Shown here piece by piece: positions 25,266 through 28,726 of a stretch of 28,726 bases of DNA. The stretch's first letter is position 1. The number at the start of each line of letters is the position of its first letter. The position numbers and the translations under genes were made by a program. Origin of the DNA: a virus; the IMG/VR virus record IMGVR_UViG_3300005512_000241. One strand, written 5' to 3'. The notes beneath the pieces were generated by a model. The model had not been told where the DNA came from. It saw only the letters and a list, made by a program, of their open reading frames with translations, and did no database searches.

Positions 25266-25570
25266 TGGCCATCAATTACACCTGGACAATCGCAAACCTT
25301 GAGCGCAACATCGCCAATGGCGGTGTCACGGTGGCGCATTGGCGTTGCACCGGCGATGATGGCAATGGAAACACCGCCTCATCTTATGGCACAACATCAC
25401 ACACACCCGATCCCGATGCGGCCGGATTCATCGCGTTTGATGATCTCACCGAGGCCGATGTTTTGGGTTGGGTTCATGGCGTTGTCGATCAAGAGACGAC
25501 CGAATTAGTGATCGAGGCAAAGATCAATAAAATGGCCAATCCGACCACATCGGATGGTTTACCCTGGTAA
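25265..25570 (+). CDS. Hypothetical protein (101 aa).
   Basis: Track ORF with a TAATG overlap with the upstream gene. Confidence 0.65.
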   Translation: MAINYTWTIANLERNIANGGVTVAHWRCTGDDGNGNTASSYGTTSHTPDPDAAGFIAFDDLTEADVLGWVHGVVDQETTELVIEAKINKMANPTTSDGLPW

Positions 25571-25582
25571 GAGGAAAGAAAA

Positions 25583-25822
25583 ATGGCGGCAACCATCACA
25601 ATCGACGATCGAGAATATGACATCGAGAACGATCTAAACGATTCCCAACGCTATATGGTCGATCAGATCAACGCAGCGAAGCGGAAACAAGCGCAAGCGC
25701 GTGTTGATATGGATCAGGGCGTGATTTTGGAAAAGGGATTCTCGGAGGCTCTCATCGCCTCTCTGAAAAGCCAAGAGGAACAAGATGGCGAGAACGGCAA
25801 CGGAAGCGCACAAGCGGATTGA
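25583..25822 (+). CDS. Hypothetical protein (79 aa).
   Basis: Track ORF. RBS GAGGAAAG. Confidence 0.6.
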   Translation: MAATITIDDREYDIENDLNDSQRYMVDQINAAKRKQAQARVDMDQGVILEKGFSEALIASLKSQEEQDGENGNGSAQAD

Positions 25823-25976
25823 TGATTTGGAACCTCGAGTCACCAGGGTTGAAACGCAAGTTGATGAACGGTGGCGAGAGACAATTATCCGGATCAAACG
25901 CATCGAAACCATCATGATCTCGGTGGCCGGTGCAATCATCCTCATGCTCGGATCAATATTCATGAAAATGGGTTGA
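25785..25976 (+). CDS. Tail-anchored small membrane protein (63 aa): coiled N-terminus and a C-terminal TM.
   Basis: RBS GAGGAA upstream of the ATG. TM IMISVAGAIILMLGSIFM. Overlaps the upstream gene by 38 nt in another frame. Confidence 0.55.
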   Translation: MARTATEAHKRIDDLEPRVTRVETQVDERWRETIIRIKRIETIMISVAGAIILMLGSIFMKMG

Positions 25977-26030
25977 TCGAACTCGCGTTGTCCCTGGTCT
26001 TATACGGCCAATCCTGGAAACTCGGTTTCT

Positions 26031-26068
26031 ATAAGGCGTGTATTTATTACGCGCCTTATTCTATTTCT
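26031..26068 (+). terminator. Candidate intrinsic terminator.
   Basis: ATAAGGCG...CGCCTTAT, an 8-bp stem (26031..26059), followed by T-rich TCTATTTCT. Confidence 0.35.
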
Positions 26069-26094
26069 CGGCGGTATTATTACGAACCTTATCG

Positions 26095-26103
26095 TGTTAT
26101 AAT
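26095..26103 (+). promoter_or_regulatory. Extended -10 promoter candidate (TGtTATAAT) for the lysis-region genes.
   Basis: Exact TGnTATAAT about 43 nt upstream of ATG 26146, in the only sizeable non-coding gap of the right arm. Confidence 0.4.
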
Positions 26104-26145
26104 TCATCCAGACGCGGCTTGTCCAAAATTTGTAAGGGTGAAAAA

Positions 26146-26607
26146 ATGATCGCCGAACTTGCCGCGTTCAATGCCGCATTCGCAACCGTCAAAGCCACGA
26201 TCAACGCGGGTCGTGATATTATGTCTTGCGCCAATTCCATCGGTGACATGATCGGAGCCGAGGAACAATTAAGAGCGCGGGGTGATCGCAAGAAAAACTC
26301 GATGTGGTCAAAACTTGCCGGCAAAGACACCAACGATTTCGAAGAATTTATGGCCATCGAAAAGATGCGCAACCAACGAAAAGAGTTGATTTCGGCATTG
26401 CAGCTATACGGCCGGCCAGGGTTGAAAGACGATTTCATCAAGTTCGAGGTCGAGGCCAGAAAGAAACGCAGGGCGCAAGCGATCGCCGCCGAGAAACAAA
26501 AACAAACAATCATCGAGTGGGCCGTTGGCGGGGTTATTGTCATCCTGGGCATTGCGGGAATGGCGTTCACGTTGTGGTTCGTCGGAAAAGGTCAGGGCAA
26601 GTGGTGA
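26146..26607 (+). CDS. Tail-anchored membrane protein (153 aa) with a charged coiled-coil middle region.
   Basis: Start chosen at MIAELAAF, with RBS AAGGGTG. C-terminal TM IIEWAVGGVIVILGIAGMAFTLWFVG. The track extension back to 26038 covers the terminator and promoter. Confidence 0.65.
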   Translation: MIAELAAFNAAFATVKATINAGRDIMSCANSIGDMIGAEEQLRARGDRKKNSMWSKLAGKDTNDFEEFMAIEKMRNQRKELISALQLYGRPGLKDDFIKFEVEARKKRRAQAIAAEKQKQTIIEWAVGGVIVILGIAGMAFTLWFVGKGQGKW

Positions 26608-26730
26608 ATGAAAATGAGGCAAATCGGGCCGATGCGTTGGGCGGTCTATTCTGAAACCGGATTTGTTGTTATAATTACGAGCGACCGAAAAATCGCGGAA
26701 AGGTACTTAAACAATGGCGACCAAACTTGA
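26608..26730 (+). CDS. Possible mini-ORF (40 aa).
   Basis: Translated by hand: MKMRQIGPMRWAVYSETGFVVIITSDRKIAERYLNNGDQT. Starts right after the upstream stop (TGAATG) and overlaps the next start. No clear RBS. Confidence 0.3.
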   Translation: MKMRQIGPMRWAVYSETGFVVIITSDRKIAERYLNNGDQT

Positions 26731-26911
26731 TGAATGGAAAGTGTTGCCGCGTCTTATGATGTTGGTGATGACAATCATGTATATTCGATGCCTGGAATGG
26801 GCATTGGCGCAACCGGATTTATCCACCGCGCAAGCGGGATTGATTTCGGTGGTAACAGGGGCGATGACCGGATCATTCGCCATTTGGATGGGTAAAGAGG
26901 TGAAATCATGA
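26714..26911 (+). CDS. Small membrane protein with two TM segments (65 aa); holin or antiholin candidate.
   Basis: Two hydrophobic segments (LMMLVMTIMYIRCLEWAL and GLISVVTGAMTGSFAIWMG) and a charged C-terminus, KEVKS. Confidence 0.55.
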   Translation: MATKLDEWKVLPRLMMLVMTIMYIRCLEWALAQPDLSTAQAGLISVVTGAMTGSFAIWMGKEVKS

Positions 26912-27261
26912 TTGGGCAAATCCTGGGAAGCCTGGGCGGATTGGCGAAATCATATATTGATTCGAAAACCGCCATCAAACTCACCGAGGCGGAGATCAAG
27001 AAAAAGCAACTCACCGGCGAGATCGATTGGGATTTGGCCGCAATCAAGGCGACCGAAAATTCCTGGAAAGATGAATGGATCACGTTGTTGTTCTCGATCC
27101 CTCTCATCCTGGCGTTTTGCGGCGATTGGGGGCGGCAAGTGGTGGCCGATGGGTTTGCCGCACTCGAGGTAATGCCGCAGTGGTATCAGGTGGCCTTGGG
27201 AGCCGTTGTGAGTGCAAGCGTGGGCATCCGGTCAGTCTCGAGGTTTTTCGGTAAGAAATGA
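26908..27261 (+). CDS. Holin candidate resembling the GTA-type 3-TM holin family.
   Basis: N-terminus MIGQILGSLGGLAKSYID, a charged helix, then SWKDEWITLLFSIPLILAF and WYQVALGAVVSASVGI. ATGA coupling on both sides. Confidence 0.5.
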   Translation: MIGQILGSLGGLAKSYIDSKTAIKLTEAEIKKKQLTGEIDWDLAAIKATENSWKDEWITLLFSIPLILAFCGDWGRQVVADGFAALEVMPQWYQVALGAVVSASVGIRSVSRFFGKK

Positions 27262-27746
27262 GTTTCGGTTTTGACCATATCAAGGGCATCGCCGCCGCCG
27301 GCGGTGCAATCATCGCCGCAATCAGTGGCGGTGTCACCCTATCCGGAAAACTCGGATGGGATTGGTTCGATCGTCCGATCCTGGAATGGTCGCCGGAACA
27401 CTTTGAAATCAGCAATGGGCCGATCGATGAGGGGTTCCGCGTGATCGTTGCCAGGCAAAAATTACGCGATGATTGCGAGGTCATCGGATTCACGGTCGAA
27501 ATCAGGGATTCCGATTTCGTTGTGTTTCCGGCAACGCCATCGGTGGCCAAGTTCTCAGGGCCGGCAAGTGATACGGTCGATCGATTTGGGTATCGAGTCT
27601 ATATCCGCGAGATGGATATGTACCAGGTCGCACCAGGCGAGGCGACATTGTTGGGACAGATCAAATATAATTGTCCGGAAGGTGAACACATTGTCACCTA
27701 TCCGGCGCATGAAAACCTCAATTTCATCATCGAGGAAGGGAATTGA
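27258..27746 (+). CDS. N-terminally membrane-anchored protein (162 aa), function unknown.
   Basis: TM GIAAAGGAIIAAISGGVTL, followed by a domain of about 130 aa predicted to lie outside the cytoplasm. Immediately upstream of the endolysin gene. Confidence 0.6.
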   Translation: MSFGFDHIKGIAAAGGAIIAAISGGVTLSGKLGWDWFDRPILEWSPEHFEISNGPIDEGFRVIVARQKLRDDCEVIGFTVEIRDSDFVVFPATPSVAKFSGPASDTVDRFGYRVYIREMDMYQVAPGEATLLGQIKYNCPEGEHIVTYPAHENLNFIIEEGN

Positions 27747-27747
27747 A

Positions 27748-28563
27748 ATGAACTTAACGTTGGAGCAAACAAAACAGTTGATCGAGGGCAATCGAGAGTT
27801 CGAGGCATGGCATGAATTGTTTGAACATTTCTTGCCAAAATACGAAATCGATTCACCAAATCGAATGGCGATGTTCTTTGCCCAATGCGGCCATGAATCG
27901 CTCAACTTTCGCGTTCTCGAGGAAAATCTCAATTACAGCGCAAAGGGTTTGAATGCGGTATTCCCGAAATATTTTAAGAACGCCGGAAGGGATGCGAATG
28001 ATTTCCATCGTGATCCTCAACGCATTGCTAATGTCGTCTATTCTAATCGCATGGGCAACGGCGACATTGAATCCGGAGATGGGTGGTTGTTCCGAGGAAA
28101 AGGTGCCATCCAACTCACCGGCCGAAACAACACCACCGGATTCGCAGATTCGATTGGTCGATCGGTAGAGCGAACGCTCGAATATCTATTTACCAAAGAG
28201 GGCGCACTCGAGGCGGCATGTTGGTTCTGGAAAGTGAACGGTTTGAATGATTTGTCGAACGACATCAAAAAAGCCACCCGCAAGATCAATGGCGGAACGA
28301 TTGGCCTGGCAGATCGAAAACATCACTATCATCGAGCGTTGGAAATCCTGGACGGAACTTACACAATGAAACCATCGCCGATTTTGTTGAAAGTTGGATC
28401 GACCGGCGATCGAGTGAAACAAATCCAGGAAAAACTTGGTGAGGATGCGGATGGCATCTTTGGTTTGGTCACAAAGCAAGCGGTCGAGAAATGGCAAGAG
28501 GCAAACGGTTTGGTTGTTGATGGCATTGTTGGGCCGAAAACATTCGCCGCGATGATCGGATGA
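27748..28563 (+). CDS. Endolysin: GH19 (chitinase-like) muramidase domain plus a C-terminal PG_binding_1 domain.
   Basis: Motifs FFAQCGHES, FRGKGAIQLTGRNN and KINGG..GLADR. C-terminus GDRVKQIQEKLG..DGIFG..T..AV..WQ...GL..DGIVGPKT. Start at MNLTLEQ with RBS GAGGAAGG. The track extension back to 27448 overlaps the previous gene. Confidence 0.9.
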   Translation: MNLTLEQTKQLIEGNREFEAWHELFEHFLPKYEIDSPNRMAMFFAQCGHESLNFRVLEENLNYSAKGLNAVFPKYFKNAGRDANDFHRDPQRIANVVYSNRMGNGDIESGDGWLFRGKGAIQLTGRNNTTGFADSIGRSVERTLEYLFTKEGALEAACWFWKVNGLNDLSNDIKKATRKINGGTIGLADRKHHYHRALEILDGTYTMKPSPILLKVGSTGDRVKQIQEKLGEDADGIFGLVTKQAVEKWQEANGLVVDGIVGPKTFAAMIG

Positions 28564-28726
28564 CCAACGTTGAGGTGAGAGATAACGGCGAAATTCGCAT
28601 CACGGCCAATGGCACCACCATTGCCGAGTTTTGGTTGCCGGAATCCGATCGCCTCGACATGGTTGTGAAATTGCTCGAGAGCGTCAAAAAGAAACCCACC
28701 CTCGAGGTCGTAAAAGAAAACCCCAC
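28560..28726 (+). CDS. 5' part of the 61-aa hypothetical protein that crosses the genome junction (continues at 2..142).
   Basis: ATGA overlap with the endolysin stop. Hand translation: MTNVEVRDNGEIRITANGTTIAEFWLPESDRLDMVVKLLESVKKKPTLEVVKENPTNEGGV. Confidence 0.6.
   Translation, partial: MTNVEVRDNGEIRITANGTTIAEFWLPESDRLDMVVKLLESVKKKPTLEVVKENP
28604..28726. repeat. Right copy of the exact 123-bp direct repeat (identical to 1..123).
   Basis: Base-by-base comparison with the left end. Confidence 0.95.

Noticed and set aside
26038-26145. Upstream extension of ORF 26038..26607 (MYLLRALFYFSAVLL...).
   Set aside because: The extension covers the terminator hairpin and the TGtTATAAT promoter, and it has a non-ATG start. 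ATG 26146 has a proper RBS.
26146-26607. Possible unimolecular spanin (Cys28 in ...DIMSCAN plus a C-terminal TM).
   Set aside because: The 27 residues before the Cys contain K, R, D and E and do not form a lipoprotein signal peptide, and the lipobox match is poor. It is kept only as a tail-anchored membrane protein.
27448-27747. Upstream extension of the endolysin ORF (track 27448..28563).
   Set aside because: It overlaps the whole 3' half of gene 27258..27746 in another frame. The GH19 domain starts right after ATG 27748, which has a strong RBS.
1-28726. Search for tRNA genes, CRISPR arrays, integrase/attP, toxin-antitoxin pairs and a DGR (reverse transcriptase plus template repeat for the fibre).
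   Set aside because: The non-coding gaps are too short for tRNAs and showed no cloverleaf-like sequence. Apart from the iterons there are no spaced direct repeats. No ORF has integrase, reverse-transcriptase or classic toxin motifs that I can recognise. Absence was judged by eye only.

Overview
The window is one complete genome of a small tailed dsDNA phage. Bases 1..123 are identical to 28604..28726, which implies a circularly closed or terminally redundant unit of 28,603 bp, and one small ORF crosses the junction. Genes are tightly packed and translationally coupled, with many ATGA/TAATG overlaps. Layout: (i) a leftward early operon of six small proteins (179..1474, minus); (ii) a divergent promoter region with one palindrome covering both -35 boxes (1507..1572); (iii) a rightward early operon (1600..3895) encoding an Arc/Mnt-like RHH protein, a Hjc-like PD-(D/E)xK nuclease, a PAPS-reductase-like PP-loop protein, a PolB-exo-like DEDD exonuclease and a second RHH-like protein; (iv) a monocistronic minus-strand SSB-like gene with its own promoter and terminator (3975..4616); (v) a primase/RepA-like helicase gene (4735..6945) followed by an iteron array, the probable origin (6891..7098); (vi) a late region (7125..25570) with a basic protein, TerS, lambda GpA-type TerL, a gpW-like protein, a lambda-type portal, an 895-aa fusion ORF (unknown domain + HK97 prohead protease + HK97 major capsid), connector proteins, major tail protein, G/GT chaperones with an A_AAA_AAC -1 frameshift, tape measure, two tail proteins and a mosaic tail fibre; (vii) a membrane-protein-rich lysis region ending in a GH19 endolysin with a PG-binding domain (25583..28563). 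I found no integrase, DNA polymerase, tRNA or CRISPR array. The points most worth follow-up are the iteron origin, the in-frame polyprotein-like capsid ORF with internal RBS+ATG sites, genome-wide over-representation of TCGA-containing palindromes that stops abruptly in the tail-fibre tip, the PP-loop/nuclease cluster, and the small early proteins. All functional calls rest on motifs I recognised by eye, not on database searches.
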